The notes beneath the pieces are model-generated. The model saw only the letters and a program-made list of their open reading frames with translations. It made no database searches and was not told the origin of the DNA. Positions 13,121 to 24,339 of a stretch of 64,000 nt of DNA are shown here, piece after piece; the first letter of the stretch is position 1, and every line of letters begins with the position of its first letter. The DNA is from Sphyrna mokarran (taxonomy: Eukaryota): contig JAGIQG010000020.1 of the NCBI GenBank assembly GCA_024679065.1, positions 20,770,001 through 20,834,000 on the forward strand, read 5' to 3'. The position numbers were made by a program, and so were the translations under genes.

Positions 13121-14559
13121 AAAAGCAATTCCTGTGTTTAGGACATTGGCAGCTGAAGGCATGTCTAATTTTGCTCATCCAGTGCACAATGTTGGACAAA
13201 CAGTCTGATAATAGACAGCGTGGAGGAGTTGAGAAATGCAGTGGAGAGGTAGATCTGGGTATCATCAATGCAAATATGAAAACTGATTGTTTTTAGATAT
13301 ACATATAGATGAGAAAATGGGAGGGGACCAAATATCGATTCTTGTGGGGGCATCAGAAGTACCTTTACAAAAGCAGGTACAGAAACCATTGCAGATGGGA
13401 ATCTGGCTACAATTAGATAGGCAAGAATGAAAACAAGTGAGTGAAGACCAATCCAGCTAGACAAATTTGGAAAGGAAATGGAGGAGAATGGTATGGTCAG
13501 TTATGTCAAAGGCTGCAGAAAGCTTGAGAAGGATAAGAATAGATACTTCAGATTTATCCCATTCACATGATTTTGAGACAAGTTGTTTCAGGATAGGGGC
13601 TGGATGAGATTATTGTCAGTGCAGATTCGATGGGATGAATAGTCTCCATCTGCACTGAAGGGATTCTATATGGTCAAATGGACAATGGCCTGAGCAATAA
13701 GGGTCCAACCTAAAACTGGACACCTTAAATTATTACAACTAAACTACTTCAATGAGATTACCACAGGTCAAAGATCAACAGGGACACATACCAGAACTGG
13801 GTACTATACTTTAATAATAGGGAAGTCATTATGACCTGAAACCAGAAACCAAACCTCTTGCATATTGAATAGAGAGGCTCAAACTTAACAATGGAATAGT
13901 CATTATGGCCTGAAACCAGCAAGAAGTACTCAGCCAGAAGAGAGAAAGACATTATGAATGTGTATTCCCTAGTTTTAGCTAGACTCCCTGCTATTAACCA
14001 TATCCTGAAAGAAGATATGTAAGGATGACCTATTTTAACCTCATTGGATGCTGTGACCCCTACCCTGTCACCCCATTGACAGAAAGCCAGAGAAATATTC
14101 CAGAAGGGCCTGAAGATTTTTTGGGGATTAGCTTTATTCTTGTTGACTAAAACATAAAATTTCAAAGTTTCAAGACAACCTCCCAGCGAAGACTCAACCA
14201 ACCTACTGTGGCCTTGGATGCAGGAGGGCATACAAGATCCACCTTCGTGTCAAGAGGATCCTGAATTCATATGTTGAAGTGAGCTCAGTGAATTGAATGA
14301 ACAGCCCAATCGATTTCACCAGACCACATAGTATCTGTATTGTTTCATTAGTATTCTCAGACAATTAGCCTAGTTTGGGACAAAGGTAATTTAAATATAT
14401 TGTGTAAGAATTGTTTCTTTAATCTGCGAGTATTTTTAATAAAACTAAGTTTGAATCACAATTCTTTGCCTGTCTCAAATAAGAGGACCTGAGTAAAGGT
14501 GATAAACTGGTCGAAGTATCTGTCTGTATAGAATATTTCACGGACGACATACTGTACTC

Positions 14560-14965
14560 GACCCAGATGTCTCAAAACCCCAGGGTAAAGTCCAACAGGT
14601 TTATTTGGAATTATGAGCTTTGGGAGTGTTGCTCCTTCATCAGGTAAGTGGAGAGGTTGGTTCACAGACATGGCATATATAGGCAAAGACACAACTGTAA
14701 GATAATTACAGATTGGAATGTGAAGAATGGTTGAAATGCAAAACTTCACAGATAATCAAGCCTTTACAAGTACAGACAGTACAAGCAGAGAGAGAGTTAA
14801 AGAGGTGCGAATTTTCTCAACCCAGGACATTTAATAGGATTTTGCAAACTTAGACTGTATGGTGGGGGTTACACATGTGTCATGGATCCAAGATCCCAAC
14901 TGAGGCCATCCTCATACGTGCAGATCTTGGCTATTAGTTTCTGCTCAATGATTCTGCATTGTTAA
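14560..14965 (-). mobile_element. Penelope-like element 3' fragment (GIY-YIG C-terminus plus terminal repeat)
   Basis: Minus strand QCRIIEQKLIAKICTYEDGLSWDLGSM*, followed by CTGATGAAGGAG...CTCC and AATAAACCTGTTGGAC. Confidence 0.75.
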
Positions 14966-16304
14966 CATGTGGTTTTATTACAGGAAAGGTGCAATATAAA
15001 TACAAGATGTAATTATAGGAAGTGAGTGCGCAGGTAGATAATGCTATTAAAACTCCCAATAGAATTTTATCAATAGAGTACAATCATTATTTTTTTTAAA
15101 AAATGGTTAAGCCATAAAAGCTCTGAAGAGAATAAGAACACAGAAGATTAACAGTTTCCTTTCCCCACAAATGCTTCCAGACCTGCTGAATCTTTCCAGC
15201 ATCTGCTTTTAATGTGGTTAAGCCATAATTGGGAGTACAAACTTAGGACTTATGGAAAGGGCATTAAAACCACTAAAAGCAAAGCAGATTTATCAAACTA
15301 ACACCAATGACACAATACAGATACAAGAAAATTGTGATACTGAATGTATTTCCACAAGGAATAAAGAAGTTTTTTTAAAAATTGCAATAGGCCATTAAGC
15401 AATAGATGGTTAATGATTGATAGCAATTAATTTTATATAGGTTAAAGTATTGAGATGGAAGATAAGTACTGAAAGATCAAAAGTCACTATCCTATCCCTA
15501 AATAGGATAAGCTTGGCAAATACCAAAAAAATCTCTCCAATATGATGCCAAAGCAGTTATAATATTATAGTAATTACAGCATCATTGCCATCCTTTTTAA
15601 TAAATGCAGTATTTTGAGTTATTAGTGTTACACGTATTGGTACAAAGAGCGAAAATGGTTCCTTGCAAAACAAGCAGCGAGTTATGATCTGGAAAACGCA
15701 CAGTCTGAAAAGGATACTGAAAATAAAAATCGACAGTGACAACTGGATAAACATTTGAAGGAGCAAAATGTTGCAGAGCTAACGGGATAGTTCTTTCAAA
15801 GAGTCTCTTTCTGTATCTAACTGATTCAATGGTAAAGAATCCTGAGGTATTTTAATGGTGTATCATCTCCAGCACCCAAACCTGCAATAGTTGCAATCCC
15901 CCACCCCGCTCTGCACCATTATTTCCAACGAAAAGGTCACGGACCTGAAACATTAACCCTTTCCTCCATGGATGCTGCCATGGATGTTGTGTGTTTTCAG
16001 AACGTCCTGCTGTTTTTATTTACTGATTGACACTCAAGGCCATTAGGTGGCGGGGAGGGGAGGGGGGAGGGTGGCGGTGTCAGGTACAGCAATGAGTTTG
16101 GGCTGTATTTTGAGAGAAATCACACCAACATCATAGAGAGCCTGGGACAGCTTTGACGTGATAAAATGGGGAGGGGGGGTTGGGAAGAGGTGAAGTATGA
16201 AAAACAAGATGCAAACTAGGCTAAACCGGGGGGGTGGGGGAGGCAAGAAAGTTGTATCTGTTTAAGGCTCTGACATTAAAAGTGTAAGTGATCGCAGTGC
16301 CTAC

Positions 16305-16407
16305 TTTGGTTGGGGATTTCGTCTCTGTCCTGGTCAGCGTTGAGGCCCGTGTTGTCGTCTGTCAAGATTAGAGGGACATCATCATCCTCCCCAGGCAATG
16401 CCATCAT
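16305..16407 (-). CDS. TPCN1: Two-pore channel 1, first coding exon (rest of the gene is beyond the left edge)
   Basis: Manual translation MMALPGEDDDVPLILTDDNTGLNADQDRDEIPNQ matches the TPC1 N-terminal DDDVPLILT dileucine motif. Phase-1 GT donor at 16304. Head-to-head with IQCD as in human. Confidence 0.85.
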
Positions 16408-16439
16408 CCCGTGCGTGCCCCAGCCAACAAACTCTGGCC

Positions 16440-16711
16440 TCTACCGCTCGAGCTAACTTCACGCGGGGCGGGACGGGCGGAGGGGGGGGGGGAGGAGGAG
16501 GCGAACCAGCTTTGGCCGCTGATTGGTACAGACGCTCCAGGCTGGACGTCAATCAAACCTCGACGTCCAATAGGTTGGCTCCGCTAGAGACCGGCCCCCT
16601 TCCTGGCCCACGTGGGTCCGGGTAGAAAGAGGTTACGGGATCAAGGGTGAAAGTTCGCCTGTATCTTAGCAACGGAATAACTGACGCTCACAAACTGAAG
16701 CGCCGGGATGG
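16440..16711. promoter_or_regulatory. CpG-rich bidirectional promoter TPCN1/IQCD with probable 5' UTR first exon of IQCD
   Basis: GC box near 16465, CCAAT-type elements 16521-16572, CCCACGTGGG E-box 16607-16616, RFX X-box-like GTATCTTAGCAAC 16661-16673, donor G|GTGAGT at 16711/16712. Confidence 0.7.
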
Positions 16712-16784
16712 GTGAGTGTTCGTTGCTGAGGGTCGGGTCAGGCGGGCGATTCGGCGCCGGGGGTTGATAGCAGCAGACAGGGAC

Positions 16785-17010
16785 CCTTGTTTGATTCGGC
16801 TCGGGTGACTTAGTCTGTATGGCGTCTGCACGTTCTTCCTGTGTCTGCATGAGTTTCCTCCCACACTCTGAAAGACGTGCTTGTTAGGTGCATTGGCCAT
16901 GCTAAATTCTCCCACCGTATGCCAGAACAGGCGCCGGACTAGGGGATTTTTACAGTAACTTAATTGCAGTGTTAATGTGTTATTTGTGACTAATAAATGA
17001 ATTTTAACTT
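16785..17010 (+). mobile_element. tRNA-derived SINE
   Basis: Same core and tail as the other copies. Confidence 0.75.
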
Positions 17011-17779
17011 TAGCTGTTGCTTGTGGTTTCAGGTGCATGAAGTTGAGGTGTTGACAGATGCTAATTCTTCCACGAGATTAGTGGAACTGTATTCCAGCTG
17101 AACATAACTTCCTTGCTCTTGTGCTCAATGCCTCTATTAATAAAGCCCAGAATACTTAATTTCTTTGTGGGATATGGGTATTGCTGGCCAAAGCAGCATT
17201 TATTGCTCATCCCTATCAACCACAGTGCTGTGGCTGTGGATCTATATGTTTTATTTCTATATGTTTTATTAACTGCTCTTGCTATTGTCCTGCCAGATCC
17301 AACACCCAGGTGTTGGATATACACCCAGGTCTCTGCTGCTTCCCTTCTTGAAAAAAATGTTCTTATTTTAAATTGTTTCATCACCTCACTCTTTTCTGCA
17401 TTGAACTTTATCTGCCCATTCCACCAGCAGCTTATTTATGTCCTTTTAAAATTAGAATCAAACCACTGTAAATTCAGAGCATTGATTGTGATTGATCAAC
17501 CTGACTGCCAAAATGGCCTTGTACAATGGAAAGAAGACTTACTACTTAGTTCCAGGTAGCCAAACACAACACACAAGTTATTCTTTCTTACAAGTTACAA
17601 AGTACTTACTGAATGCAATACATTATTTAGAACTGGAAATCAGTAGTAAATGTTACTCTTGGATTTTTTTTTAAACTGTCTGATTCCTCCTAAATTAAGT
17701 AGTCCCTGTCTTGACAGGATTCTTCGCATAGTGACTGAGATCACAAGGCAAATATCTCACTGGTGAGATGATAACTTAA

Positions 17780-18090
17780 AAGGTAATGTCACTGGATTAG
17801 CAAGCCAGATGCCTGGCTGGTGATGTAGTTCAAATCCCATCTTGATATTTTGTGGAATTTAAATTCTGCAAATATATCTGGAATATAAAGGCAGCCCCAC
17901 TAAGAATGACCATGAAATATCATTGATTGTTATTTGAACTCATCTGGTTCACTAATTATATTTAGGAAAATAATTTTGCCAACCTTACCTGTAGTTGACT
18001 CATAACCGTCCTCCAGAATGTTTTGTTCAAGAGCAATTAGAGATGGGCAACAAATCCTAGCTTTGGTAGTGACGTCAATGTGTTGTGTAA
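17780..18090 (+). mobile_element. Older tRNA-derived SINE of a second family (related copies ~48100-48530 and 56345-56550)
   Basis: GTTCAAATCCC B box, GGAATTTAAATTC and CTGGTTCACTAAT blocks recur in three places. Confidence 0.6.
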
Positions 18091-19900
18091 TACGAAAAAA
18101 AGTATCCTTTATATTGACTACAAGTACAAATAAAGTTAACCTTCCCAGTGGGAAATCAACTTATTGGTGTTCACTTTTCTTCTGTAGGAATATGTTTCAT
18201 CTCCAAGCAAACAACAACTTACATTTATATAATGTCTTCAACATAATAAAACGTTCCAAGGTGTTTCATGGGAACTCAGACAGATTTTGACACTGAACCA
18301 CATAACAGATATCAGGATAGGTGTAGGACAAAGTGTTTTGAAGAAGCAAGTTCCAAGTAGAAGTGTCATACTGGTAAGGAAAGAATTTCATGGTTTAGAG
18401 CCTAAATAACTGAAGACTATGCCACCAATTCGTGGGGTTATAAAAATTAGGATATGCAAGAGACCAAAATTACAGGAGTGTAGATATCTCAGAAGGTTGT
18501 AAGACTGAGAAAATCACAACAATAGTGAGGAAGTTCAGAACAAGGGGATTTTAAGATTGAGGAGCCAGTGTAAAGAATGAACACAGGAAAAGGGATGATG
18601 TGTGAATGAGATTTGGTGCGAGTTTTGGCAACTGTTTTGGATGAACTCGTGTTTAAGGAATGTGAAAGGAAAGAACAACAGAAAAAAATCAAACCTATAA
18701 AAAAAGTTTTTGTATTTATACACTATATTTAACTTCTGATTCAAGATGATTTACCTTAATGCACTTTTAAGGTACTTTGTTATGCAAATATATTTAATGT
18801 ATCTCTCAAAATATTATAATCCTACCCTACAATTTTAGAACATTAATACCATCTGATGCACTATATGTCATGTACAGCAACTTCACTGAATGTGTTCTTC
18901 CCCTTTTTTTTAAACATGAATTTTAAAAATCCTACTAACAGTTCTTGTCTATTCCCTGCCACTGCTCCAATTTATATTCAGGGCAGTTGTAGCACTCTTG
19001 CCTTGAAATCAGAAAATTGTGTGTTCAAATTTCATGCGAGAGTTAAGTACATAACCTAACAAAATCAATCCCCAGGACAGTACTGAGCAAGTGTTGCATT
19101 ATCAGAGATTTTTCATTCTGAATCTAAATTTGGTGCTGGGTGTAGAGTGGGAGTGACTTCCAAACAGTAGGATGTTGACCATGCGTGATCTTGTGCTGTT
19201 TAGAACATTACTTAAGTAGCTGCAAGGAGCTCACTGATTCTTATGGTGGGACAGGCAAGAAGTCACTTAATTTGTTCAAAGGTCTGGGTGCTATATTTCA
19301 GAAAAGCAACTGGAGCCAGACCAATAAGGATGGCAAATTTCCTTTCCTAAAAGACGTTTGCGAACCAGATGGGTTTTTACAGTCATCAACAACTATTTCA
19401 TAGTTATTATTTCAATTTTTAATTCCAGATTTTCTTTTGGTTATTAAATTCCCGGGACTCCAAAGGATTACCCTTGATCTGTCAATTATTAGAACAGTGA
19501 TAATACCACTACACCACTCCCTCCCCAAGAGTCAAGAAGCATCAGCCTATACCTACTCAGTGCACTCCACTACAGCCAACAATTATTACCAGTACATGTT
19601 GTCTAAGAGAAACATCAAAGTATTTAACATCTAAAGTTGTTGAACTCTAACTTTAAAAAAAAACAAAAATTAAGTTGACTTGTTGTTATTCTTGAAAGAT
19701 ATGCTGATAGGGTAGTGGGTTTAGCTTTTGACAGCTATGGCAACTGGTATAGACGCCATGGTTAATTGATATCCCTCCATACCGGACATATCTTTGAAAA
19801 TCATACTGCTAGACATTGGAAAATATGTTGTTATATGTTTCAGCCATACAGCTTATTGCAGATTTAAAGATATGAGAAAAATCTACTGAAGAAGCAAAGA

Positions 19901-20629
19901 ATGGCAAGTGAAACCATGATACAGAATCAGCAATTAGCAGCCAAAAATATAAAGACCATCAATGGAACCACAATGAATTATGATGCATCTGTGCAAGAAA
20001 TATCATCCAAAGTAGATGCTCTACAAATCTTGGAACCAGTTAGAAAAAGACTTGCATCTATTGAGGCAGAGCGAATTATTTCTGTAATTGAAAAGACTAT
20101 TCAGAAAATAGAAATAGTCACTTTAATTCCGCATTTAGTTCACAACCTCAACAGGTTCAGTGTTGGCATCGGTTTAGAGTTGACATGTGCTCTAAGAGAG
20201 CATAACAGACTAGATCAACATTTGGAATTTGCTGCTGGGAAACTGATTGAAGAAGATTATCCTGAAGTGGAAAATCAGAATATAATATCTAAAGTAAATC
20301 TCAAAGAGAAAAAGCACAATGTTGAAATCCTTCAACAGCTCTTTAGTGGTTCAGTTAAAAACATCCTTCGACTTTTCCAGGGGAATCCCACAGCATGTCA
20401 AATAATCAAAACAGAATGTCAAGCCCGAAGTAGCATCTGTGAAAATCTCATTCTGCTACTAATGGAACTGAGAAACTTTGTGTTTGAGAGACTTCTTATG
20501 ACATCCGCTGAGGAAAAAGAAAAATTTGAATATGTGCAAAAAATCATCAAGCAAGATAAGCAAAACACACGCATAATTGCCACTTTGGAGGCTGAACTGG
20601 CAGCAGCCAGCCAAGATAAAGAAAGTGAG
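19901..20629 (+). CDS. IQCD: IQ domain-containing protein D / dynein regulatory complex subunit 10, coding exon 1
   Basis: Long coiled-coil ORF MASETMIQ...DKESE; acceptor tttcag at 19843; phase-0 donor GAG|gtaaat. Confidence 0.9.
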
Positions 20630-22300
20630 GTAAATTCTTACATGTATGGGAAATCTGATGTCTCATGTGCCTTAGCAACGAATACCATAAGTTGTAACAG
20701 ATTATTATTCATATGTCTAGGTTTAGAATACATAAAAACATGCATAAAGTTATGTTGGCAGGTTTCCAAGATGGCCAGTACTGTTAGAAGGCACAAAACT
20801 GACAAAGCTAGGGTTTCAGTTTAAAGATGTAACTTTACTAAACTAGCAGTTGCTAAGAGAAATCATCAAAGGGTCAGCATATCTGAGATAAAACAGCTAG
20901 ACCTCTCTATGAGCTGTGACATATACAATTCAAAACAGATCAATTGTAGGTTTTCTTATCAATTACTCCTTTCTTTCATTAGCTTCAAATCAATCATCTT
21001 CAATTCACACAAATCAACGATAATACTAGTCATTTCCCTTAGTCAACCACATCTTATGTTCTGGCATAATGGTATTTCATTAGTCCGTAAAATCCGAAAG
21101 ACAACTCCTGTCCTGGCTGAACCCATGTTGCCTAGTGACCTCAGACGCTAAGCCAAAGTTCAAATGAACGTTTCCATAAGTTCCCTTATAACTCACTGCC
21201 ATACTATATTAATAGCTGACTCCACATCTGGGCACGCACTATCTATTCTGGACAGTGACTAAACCCTATTCATGAAATATGATTAAGTATTCTAAATGTT
21301 CCCTCAGTTCAAAACTCTTTAGATAAATCTTGCATATTCTCAAGGTCTAAGCATTCTTGGAATATGGCTTCATCCTAATGCCTTTTACAATGATGCTTCG
21401 CAGCAAATTGTTATTGACTAAAGTGAACAATATTCCTTAAAAATACATTAATACATCCAAAATTTCAGCATATGTATTTTAAAATCATAATCACTTGTCA
21501 AAATCTCTTACTCCCTCTGTAATGTGTAAAGTCATTTAACTTAATGCTGGTAGTGCTATCAGTGCCTTAATTCTGATGGGTTAAAAACCTTACTAATCTA
21601 TTAGGGTTCTCCCTCTTACAAGTTATACACCAGATTTTAAAACAGGTTTCAATATTGTGATTTCAGGCTTGTGATGGTTGTGAAATCAATTGCAAAAGTC
21701 ACAATATACTTATTTCTGGTACTTCTTAGCTCACATGCTGTAGGTTCTAGTAGATGTATGAAGAAGGCAGATAAAGAGTTGTTTCACATACTGCATTATG
21801 TACACAAGTTGTAGAGCTGGCTTTTATATAATCTGTATTTTATGAATTTGAGTTCTTAATAGAGAAGGTGTATATAGAGAAAGCAGTATAGGACTAGCAC
21901 ATGTATTTGCTCAGGTTGAGTAATGTCACTCGCTTTCTTAGCTGTCTTTTTGCATATTTATCTTTATGAAGTTGAATTCCAGTTCTTTGTATCCACCTGC
22001 GGTAAAGAACGTAAACCCAGGAACCTAACAGTGAAACTCCCTTATGATCTAACCATATATTAAGCATTTGTACTATTAATCATGCTGACGTTTGACTAAA
22101 TTAATGTAAGCAGCATGGTTTAGTTTACCCCATCGAATACTTTGACAGATGCTTCTGCAGCTGCTCTATCACTTTATCAAATTCTCTATGACCACTGCAT
22201 TTTTAAACTTCACTTTGACCCCACTTCCCCCAGCAGCACACCCCTAACCCCACCCTTCCCCACCATCCAGTCATTTGTTCTATGGCGTGTTGGATATGCT

Positions 22301-22521
22301 GTGGAGATGCCAGCGTTGGACTGGGGTAAATACAGTAAGAAGTCTCACAACACCAGGTTAAAATCCAATAGGTTTATTTGGTAGTAAACACCACTAGCTT
22401 CCAGGGATTGCCCCTTTGTTAGGTGAGCCTGATGAAAGGGCAAACCTCAAAAGCTAGTGATGTTTACTACCAAATAAACCTGTGAGACTTCAACCTGGTG
22501 TTGTGAGACTTCTTACTGTGC
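22301..22521. mobile_element. Inverted pair of Penelope terminal repeats with 10-bp target duplication
   Basis: Arms 22332-22423 and 22428-22519; TGGATATGCT on both sides (22291-22300 and 22522-22531). Confidence 0.8.
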
Positions 22522-22549
22522 TGGATATGCTCTTGACTGCACTTCTCCA

Positions 22550-23190
22550 AGGCATCAATGTTTTTTGCATGGAGATCTGTAACTCATGACGATGTTGGGA
22601 CCTCTGTTTGTAATATGTATAAATAACTTGGAAGAAAACATAACTGATTTAATCAGCAAGTTTACAGATGATAGTGGACTGGAGTTGCAGATAATGATGA
22701 AGATTGTAAGAGAATACAGCAGGATATAGACAGGGTTGAAAATTGTGCAGAGAAATGGCACATGGATTTAATTCGGACAAATGTGGAGTGATGCGTTTTG
22801 ATAGATCCAATTCAGTGGGAGCTACAAAATAAATGGCAAAACCATCAGGAGCATAAACACATAGATCTGAGAGTTCAGGTCCACAGTTCCTTAAAAGTAG
22901 CAACACAGGCAGGAAAGATAGTGAAGAAAGCATATGTGGCATGCTTGCCTTCATTGGCTAGGCATTGAGTATAAAAATTGGCAAATTATGTTATATTTAT
23001 ATACAATGTTAGTTAGGGCACTTTTGGAATACTGTGTCCAATTCTGATCGCCATACAACAGAAGAACGTGATGGCTTTGGAGGGAGTACAGAAGAGATTT
23101 ACCAGGATGTTGTTTAGTATGGAAGAAATAAGCTATGAGGAAAAATTGAATAAATTGGGATTGTTCTCCCTGAAAAGACAGAAGCTGAGG
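22550..23190 (+). mobile_element. CR1 LINE RT fragment
   Basis: ISKFTDD..., ALEGVQKRFTRML remnants. Confidence 0.8.
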
Positions 23191-23224
23191 TGCATATACA
23201 TATGTCCAGCTTTGAACAGAACTC

Positions 23225-23360
23225 CCACTCACCTGATGAAGGGGAGTGCTCCAAAATCTTGTGGCTTGTGCTACCAAATAAACCTGTTTGACTTTAACCT
23301 AGTGTTGTGAGACTTCTTATCTTACCCCAGTCCAACGCCAGCATCTCCACATCATGGCTA
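23225..23360 (+). mobile_element. Penelope terminal repeat fragment
   Basis: CTGATGAAGGGG...CTCC, AATAAACCTG...GTGAGACTTCTT, same family as 22301. Confidence 0.75.
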
Positions 23361-23364
23361 TATA

Positions 23365-23700
23365 TGGGGAGTGCACAGTAGTATAGTGGTTAGCGCTACT
23401 GTTTCACAGCTCCAGGGACTTGGGTTCGATTCCCAGCTTGGGTCACTGTCTGTGTGGAGTTTGCACATTCTCCTTGTGTATGTGTGGGATTCCTCCGGGT
23501 ACTTCGGTTTTCTCCCACAGTCCAAAGCTGTGCGGGTTAGTTGATTGGCCATGGTAAATTGACTGTAGATGCATAGGTTAGAGGATTAGTGAGTAAAATA
23601 TGTATGGATATGGGGGGTAGGGCCTGGGTGGGATTATGATCGGTGCAAACTCGATGGGCCAAATGGCCTCTTTCTGTACTGTAGGGTTTCTATGAGCCTA
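23365..23700 (+). mobile_element. Full tRNA-derived HE1-like SINE with CR1-type tail
   Basis: A box, GGTTCGATTCC B box, core TCTGTGTGGAGTTTGCACATTCTCC, tail GGGCCAAATGGCCTC. Confidence 0.85.
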
Positions 23701-23719
23701 TGATATGTGGACAGATGCA

Positions 23720-23900
23720 ACAAAGACAGAAAATGCTAGAAAATCTCCACAGATCTGACAGCTTCTAAGGATAGAGAATCAAACTGATGTTTCAAACGTC
23801 AGCTCTATTCTCTCCCCACAGATGCAGTTAGACCTGCTGAGATTTTCCAACCTTTTCTGTTTGTTTCAGTTACCAGCACCCACAATAATTTCTTTTTATC
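23720..23900. repeat. Palindromic short element of a recurrent family (related pieces ~15150, 15930, 37125, 58410, 60570, 63075)
   Basis: ~70-bp inverted arms centred on TGATGTTTCAAACGTCA; shared CCACAGATGC...GACCTGCTGAG...TTCCAGC block. Confidence 0.65.
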
Positions 23901-24105
23901 TATGTGAAGAGGAGATTGTGTATCAATGTTAGTTAGAAATTGGAGGATTAAATCTTTGTCTGATTAATCTGTACTTTTGCCAAGGGGCTAGAATATCATA
24001 TTAAGCCATATATTTCATTAGTTGCATTTTTAAAAATCTGTGCTTATTTTAGTATGATAAAATATATTTCTTTAAACTCATAAGTATTTCAAATTGTATG
24101 ACCAG

Positions 24106-24339
24106 ATGTTGAAGAAGAATGAGATCATTCGGAAGCTCAAAAACAACTTGCTTCAACTTGATTTGTTCTCAGAAGATTACATACGTCAAGTTAAACAAGA
24201 TGCAGAAAAACAACAGCTAACTGATCAGAAAGATTCAGAAGGGAGAATTGCGAAATACCAGGAAGAAATGTCTCATCTCCGAACTCAACTGAATAATTTG
24301 ATAGGAGAACACAGAGCATCTGAAGCAGCTTTAAGAAAG
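24106..24339 (+). CDS. IQCD: IQCD coding exon 2
   Basis: ccag|MLKKNEIIRKLK...EAALRK|gtacag, 234 nt, phase 0/0. Confidence 0.9.

Noticed and set aside
13758-14231. 157-aa minus-strand ORF
   Set aside because: No recognisable domain or splice support; probably a decayed unclassified repeat.
1-16300. Further TPCN1 coding exons
   Set aside because: I found no NYQEAAIYL-type exon by eye, so the region is treated as intron 1. A divergent small exon could have been missed.
20630-20824. Extension of the 307-aa ORF
   Set aside because: Read-through past a good donor at 20629; the spliced model fits IQCD.
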